Below are positions 1 through 9,800 of a DNA stretch of 32,000 nt, piece after piece. Location of the stretch: assembly GCF_018398935.1 (NCBI RefSeq), contig NZ_CP074694.1, positions 420,001-452,000 of the forward strand, given 5' to 3'. Under the pieces are notes generated by a model, which saw only the letters and a program-made list of their open reading frames with translations, had not been told where the DNA came from and made no database searches. Every line of letters begins with the position of its first letter. The first letter of the stretch is position 1. Position numbers and translations under genes: made by a program. Origin of the DNA: Telmatocola sphagniphila. GTDB lineage: Bacteria; Planctomycetota; Planctomycetia; Gemmatales; Gemmataceae.

Positions 1-1261
1 TTCGTTCAACGAACCGACTCCCCTGGGCCGATTGGGTTCCAAAGCATAACTTCCGCCAAATGACCGCGGGCCGCAAAGCCCGCTCGGCGGCATTATTGGT
101 GGGCTCTACTCCTTCGACATCGACGAACGTCCAAAGCCGAGCCCGGTATTTCCAGAGTTCGGAGCAAAAGCCACGCAGCTTCGGATCGAATTTTCCTCGC
201 AAGAGCAAGGCTTCGACTTCGCTTCGTATGGGGATCATTTGTTCGCCGAACGCTTTATGGCTGAGGGTTCCGTCCCGAACGCGATTCCAGAGTTCGAACA
301 TCGCCCGAGTCTGTCGTTGCAAGTCGTGTCCTAAGCGTCGAGCGACCGGACAGGGGCGATCGATGAGGCTTTGGAAGTCGCGGAGCAAATGAGCCCAGCA
401 CCACTGCAAGCGTCCGAAAGCCCAATACATCTTGGCCCGGTCGCAGCCTAGAACGCCGGTAAATGAATCGCCCAGGAATTCGAGGACCACCTGGGCTTTG
501 CGGCTGGTGCGGAGAGCGAAGACGCTGAAAGTCGCGGCTACAAAAGTCCAGGTCCAGGCTTTGGCGAGCCCTTCTTTGGTGGGCGATTCGTCGCCGTTGA
601 GGACCGCTTCCCCAGGCAAGGCTAAGGCCAACTCCTGGTAGGGGGCTTGCAAGGCTTCGGCGGCTCGGTTCTGCAGTTTGATCATCCAGGAAGCCGAAGC
701 CTCCTGACCCAGGATTTGTTCCAGAAACAGGGCGCAGCGTCGTTTGGAGAGCCGGAAGCAGACCATCAACAAAGCGGACAAAGCAACCAATCGAGGCCCG
801 GCCATTCCGACAGGCACGCCTGGGGGTAATTCTCCGCAGGTGGTCTTGCCGCACGAACAGCGCAGACGATGGAGTTGATATTCCGTAATCGAAGGCTTGA
901 TTTCGGGAATCTCCCAGACCTGATGACGCAAAGGCTGGGGATCTGTTCCGTTCAAAGGTTCGCCACAACGGCGGCATTCGGCCGGTAAACAAACAATGAC
1001 GCCGTCGCACTCGTGTGCGGAAACCAAAGAGCGTTCGTGTTTGGGATGCCCCGGTTGGCCGCCCGACTTCCGTTTGGCCTTCTTTTGGGCTTGCTTCGAA
1101 AGCTTGGCGTGGGGATGTTGCGTTGAAGGCGGCTTCGAAGAGTTGCTGGAATCCTTGCCGAGCTTCGCTTCCAGTTCGGCGATGCGGTTCAAAAGAATCC
1201 GCAGCACAGCCTGAACTTCCGGCGTTTGGCGAACAAGCCATTCTTCGCTGACAGACTCCAT
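1..1261 (-). CDS. IS66-family transposase. The 5' end is complete; the 3' end runs off the window start.
   Basis: Manual translation from the ATG at 1261 downward is open to position 1: MESVSEEWLV...NSSKPPSTQ...GGQPGHPKHER...ECRRCGEPL...CSCGKTTCG...WCWAHLLRDF...TNNAAERALRPAVIWRKLCFGTQS. It is probably missing from the ORF track because there is no stop in the window. The listed 255..1241(-) ORF is an off-frame shadow. The motifs are typical of IS66 TnpC. Confidence 0.8.
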   Translation of the reverse strand, partial: MESVSEEWLVRQTPEVQAVLRILLNRIAELEAKLGKDSSNSSKPPSTQHPHAKLSKQAQKKAKRKSGGQPGHPKHERSLVSAHECDGVIVCLPAECRRCGEPLNGTDPQPLRHQVWEIPEIKPSITEYQLHRLRCSCGKTTCGELPPGVPVGMAGPRLVALSALLMVCFRLSKRRCALFLEQILGQEASASWMIKLQNRAAEALQAPYQELALALPGEAVLNGDESPTKEGLAKAWTWTFVAATFSVFALRTSRKAQVVLEFLGDSFTGVLGCDRAKMYWAFGRLQWCWAHLLRDFQSLIDRPCPVARRLGHDLQRQTRAMFELWNRVRDGTLSHKAFGEQMIPIRSEVEALLLRGKFDPKLRGFCSELWKYRARLWTFVDVEGVEPTNNAAERALRPAVIWRKLCFGTQSAQGSRFVER

Positions 1262-1314
1262 GCCCCGAGTATGAGATAATTAATTCCCCAGCGCAAGAGC
1301 AATTCCCGATAATC

Positions 1315-2785
1315 TCAGGACGAGGTGTGAGCGGTTACATGTTTTTGGCCGCTGGAAACTTCAATTTCAATTTGTTTAGAATTCTTCGTATCGATGGATT
1401 GGATTTTACCGTCGACCTTGATCTGCGAGCCTTCGGGGAGGCTCTCTAAAACCAAAACTCCCTGTTTGGCTCTCATTCTGAATCGGTCGCTGAACTGCAA
1501 GAGCACTATACCGACTAGGAGTGCGACGATTCCCACTCCAAAAAACACAAAACTCCCTGGGCGTCGGAGTTTTGTGTTTTTTAATGGCATCAGGAGGGAC
1601 GATTTCGAATGTTGGGGGGCTAATTTTGGGGGGTCAAGTTCTACTTGCAATAAATTAGCTTCTCGGGGTTCTCCCTCCGCGCGAGGCAGCTCCGGATTTT
1701 CTTTTCTCTTCGGTTCCGCCTTGGAAACTCTCGTCAATTCCTCGATCACTTCTTTGGGAGATTTTGGTCGATCGGACGGTTCGATGGCCATCATTTTCTG
1801 GATGCACTGGGCGAGTTCTTTTGAGACATCGTTCCAAAGTTCCGAAACATCGGGTCGGGGATCCTGCCAATGCTTGAAAATCAGATCGCCTATGGATTCT
1901 CCGGAAAAAGGAGGTTGACCAGTCAGAAGAAAATAAAAGGTACATCCCAACGAATAGATGTCGGCTCGGATATCCGCATCCTTGGTATTGCAGGCTTGTT
2001 CCGGGGCCATGAAATCGGGCGTACCCATCATGGCATTCATACCAGTTAGACCGCTATCGCGCTACTTATCGGTCTCCCGGCTAAATTTTTGCCAAACCGA
2101 AGTCGGCAACTTTGACTGTGCCCGTACGAGTCAACATTAAGTTGCCCGGCTTAATATCCCGATGGACCAGGGACTTGGTTATCGCGTGTTGCAAACCAAG
2201 AGCCGCCTGGCGAATATAGTTCACGGCATTCGGAACAGGTAAAGGGCCTTTACTTTTGACTAATGCACTCAGGTCTTTTCCATCGACAAATTCCATTTCA
2301 AAGAGCATGTGCTCGCCAAAATCTTCGGCCGAATAGGCTCTCACAACATTAGGATGTTCGAGTGCCGCCGCGGAAACAACTTCCTGAAGGAATCGATTTC
2401 TGATCGCGGCATTCCCGATCAATTCGGGTGGAATCAGCTTGACGGCTACTTTCCGCTTCATCAGGTTATGCTCGGCCAGGAATACGACACCCATACCTCC
2501 GCCGCCCAACTTCCTGAAAAAGGTGTAGCGGGATTGGTGTCTCAGAGATTGCGGCAATTCCGTCAACGCATCGTAAAGCGAGTTGGATTGAATGTTGCTG
2601 AGATTAGTGTTGGCTTTCTTGAAAATTTCCAAAAAAGTATCGCGAGGAGTTTTTGACAGAAAAGCTTCACAACGCGAGCAATTCGCCACATGTTCGGCAA
2701 TAGTATCCGCCTGGGAAACAGCTTTCCCCAGCGCAAACGCAGCCAGTTGTTCGCTAGTCGGATGTTGAAAAAAATTTGTGTTCAT
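1315..2785 (-). pseudogene. Ser/Thr protein kinase with an N-terminal zf-HC2 (HxxxCxxC anti-sigma-like) motif, a TM helix and a PEGA-like C-terminus. It is disrupted in the activation loop.
   Basis: ORF 2081..2785 carries H-VAN-C-SR-C, GGGGMGVV, VAVK, HRDIKPGN and DFGLAK, then stops. ORF 1315..2040 resumes with GTPDFMAPE and later subdomains, a TM helix (FVFFGVGIVALLVGIVLLQF) and LPEGSQIKVDGK. Removing one A from the A5 run (plus-strand T5 at 2086-2090) gives DFGLAKFSRETDK*RDSGLTGMNAMMGTPDFMAPE, which still contains an in-frame TAG (2062-2064). Confidence 0.85.
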
Positions 2786-3283
2786 TCCCCTGCCTCGTTC
2801 CTTCTCTTAAATCCGGCCTCCTGGTTACGAGGAAATAAATTTTCCTCCTGCACTTCGCCAATCGACTAAAACAGAATTTGTCGCAATTACTTTGCCGCGT
2901 ATTCCAGAACTCTATGGTTCCGCTTCCAATCAGGATATTTTGGGAAAAAAATTGAAATTTATTCGGTCTAACTGTCGCCCAATTGTTGGGCCTGTCTGGG
3001 GGCTAAAGCCAAAATCGCCAAAAATTTAGCACAAAGCCTAATTTTTAAGTTGCGCAAAAAGGTTTTCGTGAATTTGATAATGAAAAACTTACATGACAGG
3101 GTAGTTTGCATTGCTGAATGGGGCATCGACGAGGATCCTAAAACTTGGGATTTCAACCACAACGATTGTTGAAGGAAGCAGGTTCGGAGGACGAACAAAG
3201 CTATCCGAAAATTGTTCTTTGATGAAGGCCTTCGAGTTACCTCTGGATGAATTTCGAACTGGATTTTGGACCGGGCTTTTCGA

Positions 3284-3844
3284 TCAATATTCGAGAATTT
3301 GGTCGCCGATTTCGCGGAGGCGGGAGAGGATGCGGTTCCGGGCCATATAGACTGTCCCAGGTGTCACTTGAAGTTGTCGGGCCGCTTCACCGGAAGGGAT
3401 TCCCTCAAACTCAGTCATCTCAAAGATCCGCCAGGTCTTTTCGCCAAATTCCGGTCTAACCATCTCTAGTAACTTTCGGATGACATGGCGATCGTACTCC
3501 TTGTTCCATTCCTCTTCCAAGGGGTTGTCGGGGTGTGCGAATAATTCGAAGATCGATTCGGCCACTTGCTGAGGCCGGCGCTTGCGGAGAAATTGGGCGA
3601 TCCGATTGACCGTAATGACACGAAGCCACTTGCGAAACGAGCCTTCCCGCTTGTGTTCGAACAACATCACGTGTGTCTGTACGCTCAGCATGACATCTTG
3701 AACCAGGTCTTCCGCTTCTAATCTGGCGATGGGATCCCGGAGAATCCAATGTCGGATCAACGGCTCATAGAGCGTGTACAATCGACTCCAGGCGTCATTT
3801 TCCTGGGCTTGGACTTGCGCGAGAAGACTCAGAGACGTTTGCAT
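3284..3844 (-). CDS. ECF-type RNA polymerase sigma-70 family factor
   Basis: 186 aa. Region 2-like sequence: EDLVQDVMLSV...FRKWLRVITVNRIAQFLRKR. Region 4 HTH: IPSGEAARQLQVTPGTVYMARNRILSRLRE. Same strand as the kinase and about 500 bp upstream of it. Confidence 0.85.
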   Translation of the reverse strand: MQTSLSLLAQVQAQENDAWSRLYTLYEPLIRHWILRDPIARLEAEDLVQDVMLSVQTHVMLFEHKREGSFRKWLRVITVNRIAQFLRKRRPQQVAESIFELFAHPDNPLEEEWNKEYDRHVIRKLLEMVRPEFGEKTWRIFEMTEFEGIPSGEAARQLQVTPGTVYMARNRILSRLREIGDQILEY

Positions 3845-4948
3845 AGGGTGCTTTGAATCGTATTTGCTATGGACTTTCGGAAATTATATCTGAAGGGAAC
3901 GCGCTCGCCAGGATTTTTCGAAGGCGGCCAAGAGAGTATCGGTCTGGAAAAAGTTTATTCGGCGGCCGGTCATCAAATACCCGTTTCAGATCTTCCAGTG
4001 GCAACAGAGACATGAGGTAAAAAAAACGCTCAAATTTTTTTGCTAACGATGGCATTCAAATAACTGCAGTAGTTATTAGAGTAAAATACCAATCGAACTT
4101 TTTAAGTTTTGGTGAATCGGACACTCTATCCAAAATATCAATGAGCTGAGAATAAATTATAAAATAATAACATTACTTAAAATCGATAATAAATTCTTCG
4201 AGCGGTCTACTATTAGTGTTTCAGATGTTGTCTGAAAACTGCATAGAGGTTTGGCTTGTGGGTGAGTCCATGCCGATATAGCTCATTATAACCTCAATAA
4301 ACGCTCTGGGCGGGGGAGGGACAACGATGCTGGACCCGTTCTGAGGGACGAACGAACCGGCTCCTCTGGCCGTAAATTTCTCGGAGCGCTCGACATCATT
4401 CGAGACGGCATCCGTCCACTCGCGGGAGATAGAACGGTCGTCGGGTTAAGCTCGGTTTGGGATCGGCATAAGCCGATGGTAGAAAACAGACGGCGGGTCT
4501 TAGATTTTGGGGAAGGCAGAGGCGGACCACTAGGACTCATCCATCGGCATGGCCCTGACTCTTTGCAGAATCCGAAGAGCCCACAACGCATTTTCCGACG
4601 CAGTAAGCGTCTGCAGTGTTTAGCAGCAGTTCGAAGGAACCAACGGAAGAGTTGAAATTACAAGGACTTATGCGAAGTTTTGCGAAATCTGACGATAGTG
4701 TACAAATCACCAAAACGGAGAGAGGGAGATACTCTGAGCCGACTTTTTTCATTTCTGCCCGTCCGTCGCAACTATTGGAATAATAACGAGTTATAGCAAT
4801 ATGTCAAGAGCTGGTGAAACCCGAAAATCACCTCTCTTGGGATAGAAAACGCCACAAAAATTTTAGTCAGAGACAGTCTCCTATAAGAGCATTGTGACTT
4901 AACCTGTCTAAACCCAGGTTGTTATAGATGAGCTACTATAAATTTCGA

Positions 4949-6402
4949 ATGAGTCTGAGCTGAATGGGCAAGCCGCCGGAGTTCAGGCGATCATTCATTT
5001 GTTTTTGGCCGAGATTTCCAAGCTGAAAGAGTAGTTGACGGGAAATCCGGGCAATTCTTCGAAGCCTCCGTCTTCCGAGCATTCTCATGCCAGGCCGTCG
5101 AAGCAAGCGATTAAGTATGCCAAGCGGAAAGTTGGCGGTCAACCGGGACACATCAAGCACGAACGCTTTTTGGTATCGGTCGATCGCTGTATCGAAATGA
5201 TCACCTGCAAGCCGACCGAATGCCGTCGGTGCGGCGAAGCGCTGAGCGGAACTGACCCTCAACCCCTGCGACATCAAGTCTGAAAAATTCCCGAAATCCA
5301 GCGTTCGATCACCGAATATCAACAGCCTCGGCTCCCTTGTTCCTGCGGCAAGACGACCTGCGGCGAATTGCCGACGGTCGTTCCTTCCGGAGCGGCCGGG
5401 CCTCGATTGGTTGCTTTGTCCGCTTTGTTAATGGTCAGTTTCCGACGCTCCAAGCGACGCTGCGCTCTTCTTCTAGAAGAGATCCCGGGTCAGGAAGCTT
5501 TCGCCACCAGGATGGTCAAACTTCAGAACCGGGCGTCCGAAGCTTTACAGCAGCCGTACCGGGAATTACAGCAGGCCTTGCCTGGGCAAGCGGTGGTTCA
5601 GGGCGACGAATCTCCCACCAAAGAAGGTCGGACCAAGGCCTGGACCTGGACTTTCGTTGCTCCCAGTTCTACTCTGTTCGCCCGTCGGACCAGTCGCAAA
5701 GCCAAGGTGATTCGCGAATTTCTCGGCTCAGCGTACTCGTGCATCCTGAACTGCGACCGGGCCAAAATGTATCGAGCTTGCTGACGCCTGCAATGGTGCT
5801 GGGACCCTATGCTACGCGACTTTCAGAGTCTCATCGACTGGCCTTGTTCGGTATCGAAACGGCTGGGCCAGGACTTAAAACGGCAATCGCAAACGATGTT
5901 CGGACTCTGGAAATGCGTTCGAGACGGCCATCTGAAACGACTCGAATTCCAAAAGCGAATGCTTCCGATTCGCTCGCAAATCGAAGCCTTACTCCTTTGA
6001 GGAAAATGCGACCGGAAAACGCGAGGCCTGTGCGCCGAGCTCTGGAAGTACCGCCCTCGACTTTGGACGTTCGTCGAAGTGAAGGGAGTAGAACTGACCA
6101 ACAACGCGGCCGAGCGGGTCTTGCGGCCGTTCGTCATTTGGCGAAAAATCTGCTTCGGTACGCAATCCGCGGCCGGAAGACGTTTCCTTGAGAGAATGGT
6201 CACGGTCATCGAAACCTGCCGACAGCAAAAACGCAACTGCCTCGCTTTTATCAAAGAGGCTATCCCGGCTCACTTCAACAACAAAACTCCCGCTCACTCC
6301 TGGCCAGGGCGTGAATCGGTACGAGCACAAGTCACTAACCGAATTCTTGGCCGATTTAGTACAGTAGAAGTCTGGATTAACCCCGAACGAACCACCACTT
6401 AA
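4949..6402 (+). pseudogene. IS66-family transposase pseudogene, a diverged paralogue of the copy at 1-1261
   Basis: Frame 1 reads NSSKPPSSE...GGQPGHIKHER...ECRRCGEAL...RHQV* / KIPEIQRSITEY...CSCGKTTCGEL...DRAKMYRAC* / RLQWCW..MLRDFQSLID...EALLL* / ...ELTNNAAERVLRPFVIWRKICFGTQS. This is collinear with the copy at 1-1261. There are three in-frame TGA codons (5281, 5782, 5998) plus indels just after the ATG at 4949. Confidence 0.85.
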
Positions 6403-6790
6403 CTGGTTTGATCCTCCCCGCATTTTTACGGCCATTGATTACGACGCCTCTGATGAGTCTAATATTTAGGCCGAACATGAATGCAAGTTACGCCAATGAA
6501 TTCTTGACCTCTTCCTTTGAGAAACAACTCTTTCTCTTCAGTATTTCTGAGCAATCTAGCTGAGTCTTGGATTTGCCAATTGGCACTATCACATTCAATA
6601 ATCAGTACCGCTGTCCACAGGGCTCTCCGACGCGCAAAGAATTTTTTTAGAATTCTCGGGATGTGCTCGAGGGTACTAGAAATCAAGATTTGCTAATCGT
6701 TTAACCGTCGTTTATGCCAAAAAAGCTGGCAATGAGTTTGGGTGTTTAGCGGACTTGTTTTCTGCGGGCCCTTGAAGTGTAGAAAGGTGT

Positions 6791-6822
6791 GAAAAAGTCC
6801 TCCCTCGTCGGGCACGAGGGAG
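6791..6822 (-). terminator. Rho-independent terminator candidate downstream of the blaR1-like gene
   Basis: The minus strand reads CTCCCTCG-tgcccga-CGAGGGAG (stem 6800-6807 / 6815-6822) followed by gaCTTTTTCac. It lies about 34 nt after the stop at 6856. Confidence 0.6.
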
Positions 6823-6855
6823 TGGGCTGGATTCGATCTATTGCTTCTTGTTACC

Positions 6856-9800
6856 TTAAGGCGCCTGCAATTCTTTTTCATCGACTACCAGAATAATGTT
6901 CTCTATCTTCTCGCCTTCTTTCAGAGTGACCTTCTTCACACTACTATCGGGACCTGTGTGATTCTTAAAAGCGATAGGATTCACAATCACCGATTGCTCG
7001 CCCGCACGAAGATAATTGAGCTCGAACGTACCATCCGCTTTAGTTTGCGTAAAAGGAACGTAATAGCGGTTTTCCAACAAATCAGGTAGTTCGATACGAA
7101 CTTGCAAGTTCGAAACTGGCTCGCCTTTGGTATTAAGGAGTGTGCCACGGACGACCGCTGGTCGGTTGAGCTTGAGAACAACATCTTTGATCACCTGACC
7201 CGGCTGGGTATTGATGGGAGGCAGAACGCCGTTGGCCCAATTCCGCCATTCGTCATATTTCCCGTCATGCACCATGAGGTTGTACTCGGTATTTCCGCTT
7301 GCCGGAAGCAGCATCTCAAAATTGCCATCTTTGCGAGTTTCAAAACTGAAGCGAGTGTCTCCCGTTAAGGAATTACCGGTTTTGGTGAAGGTAGCCGTGG
7401 CGGTTGCCCCCTCTACCGGTTTTCCATCTGGGTCGAGTACCCGGCCGATAATCTTTACCCCAGGTTCCGCTTTGATGATTACGGGGGCCATTCCTACTTT
7501 CAGATTAAAACTCAAATTGTCGAACTTGCGGATCCAACCGCTTTCAGGATTGGCAGTTTCTTGAAATGTCGCTTGTTCCGACCACCATCGGGTATGCGTG
7601 GAAGATTCGACATTGAAGGAAAATTCTCCTGGAATCATTTCCGGAATAGAAATTTCGCCATGCTCATCCGAACGCGCATCGATGACTTTATTATCCCAAG
7701 AGTATAACCGAAGACCTTTGACCGGTTTTCCTGAAACGGAATCCTGTACTATTGCTCGGAAGTTTACCCCTTTTTGCAAGTCGATATCCAGTTTTCGAAC
7801 TTCCCCATGACCAATAGCAATTTTTTCCAGCCGGCAGACTCCTATGCCCGGGCTTGTGACATGAAAAGCGTAATCATCGGGTTGTACATAGAATCTATAA
7901 CGTCCTTCAGAATCGGCCTTGGTTTCGCTCCAAACCTTATTAATCATATAACCCGCTTTTAGCATTTTCGGACCACGGTCTGTTCTAATTTGGGCACCTG
8001 CCACAGGCTTACCCTCTGGACTCCGCACGACTCCTTCGAAGTAAGTTGATTGATCCAAAACGATAACGAGGCCTTTGGTTCCAGCAGGTTGTCGGAGAAA
8101 CATAACTGGGCAGTATTGATCTTTCGAAAATAATACCTGGTATTGATCCCGAGTGTCGAGATCCTTCATTCGAAAAATCCCTTTGGAATCGGTGAAGGTA
8201 TAATTTTGAGGGTTATCGACCCAAGAATATAAGTGAACCTTCGCACCCGCGAGTGGCTTCCCTTTTTCATCGACAACAAAACCTGCATATTCATCGGCTT
8301 TTACATCTTGGGGACCTTGAATCTCCGTGAGAGTCGGAAGTCTCAGAGTGGGCACTCCCTCCTTAGTTACGCGCGTCGAAGCTTCAAATCGCTGTCCAGA
8401 CTCGGTTTCGATCTGGAAGGCCTGCGTTCGTCCCGCTTCGAGGGGTCCCATTAAAGTGAAATTGAACTTGACCTGACCATCGTGACTGGTCGTCTGAGGA
8501 TCACCTACCCGATCGCCACAGACGCTTCCGTTCTGGATGGAATAGACTTTTGCATGAGTCAATGGCTTTCCCGTGGCATCGACAACTCGCATCGGTAAGT
8601 CTTTACGAACGCGAACATATTCGAATGGCTCGGCGACTTCAAACTTCTCTACTCCTTCAGGAATTTCAATCTCCATACGACTCTTATCGGGTTGTCCATA
8701 TCCTTCGGGAGCACCCCAAGTCAAAACGGTAATTTTGCCGGGAGGAGCCCGAAAGGAATATCGGCCGTCGGAGGAAGTTCGTTTTGCATCGAAATGAAAA
8801 TTATGAGGGTTGATCGAGCCGAGGGTGGCGATTTGAATTCCCTCCAGCGCGGCCTTAATATCTTTCACCTCTACCCGACCGGTGACTTCGACCCCGGCAA
8901 TGATTTCCAAAGTAATCTCTTGGGTTTGGTCCGGCTTGGTTGTCACCGATACGCCTTTTGCGGTTGCGGCAGCGCCTTGAGGGAACTTGAGGAAGATGTC
9001 GAGATCACCACTGGGTAAGCGATCGAACTTGAATCGTCCCTCGGCATCCGGAATGGTTTTTCGATGATAGCCATGAAGTTTTTCATAGCCGTCGAGTGCC
9101 ACTTCAACGTCACTAGTAGCATATCCCTTTAGTTTCCAAATCACCCGGCCTCTGACTCGAGCTTCCGGCATTAAAATGAGTTCTGCGGGCTTGGCATCCG
9201 CTTTGACGACATACTTCGGAACCAAGGAACGGCTGGTGCCCGTGTCGAGTTCGGCAAACCCTTTCGCACTGACTCGAAAGATCAATTCGCTTTCACTGGC
9301 GACGCGACTAAATTCGAACTTTCCTTGATCGTCGGAGGTAGTGCAATAACACTTCTCCGCTTCTGTGCCGCGAAAAATATTGTCATCGAGGTATCCCCAA
9401 CTTGCACCTCCCCCCGAACGATTAATAAAGCCGACTTTGACGCTTGCGCCCGGGATGGAACGTCCCTTTTCGTCTTTAATGAATCCTTGAAAGGAAGCCG
9501 CAAAGGGGAGTTTCACTTCAGTCTTCGTAAATGGTTTTGCATAACTCTTCGAAGGAGCGTAGCCATCCTTGAGTGCGAGAATAACGACCTGAGGAAATGC
9601 ACTATTTCCTATTGGGAACGTCTTCATGGAAAACTTCCCTTCCGCATCGCTCTTCAGAATCCTACGCTCTCCCGCACCGCCATCGCCGACAATAATCACG
9701 GTTGCCTCGGCCACGGGTTTGCCTTCCTGATCTACCACAACTCCCTGCAGCGGATCCTTTGTATCGTTGGCCTTGGTAGATGATTCAGAATCTCCACGAT

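Noticed and set aside
255-1241. A 328-aa ORF on the minus strand, plus several 60-110 aa plus-strand ORFs in 60-1251
   Set aside because: They are off-frame or antisense shadows of the IS66 transposase gene. Their composition is Arg/Ser/Pro-rich and without motifs, while the third minus frame gives a clean IS66 transposase open to the window edge.
2062-2064. The in-frame TAG in the kinase, considered as a pyrrolysine or readthrough site
   Set aside because: There is no supporting context. It is accompanied by a frameshift 20 nt away and a probable 3' truncation, so decay or sequencing error is far more likely.
4059-4237. AT-rich hairpins (AATAACT-gcagt-AGTTATT near 4059-4078; GTTTCAGA-tgttg-TCTGAAAC near 4217-4237), considered as terminators or regulatory sites
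   Set aside because: The stems are weak and AT-rich, there are no T-tracts, and no adjacent gene end links to them. Such palindromes are expected in AT-rich spacers.
5281-6000. Three in-frame TGA codons in the IS66 copy, considered as possible recoding (Sec or Trp)
   Set aside because: The intact paralogue has W, G and R at the three positions, so no single recoded amino acid fits. N-terminal indels also break the gene. I treat it as a pseudogene.
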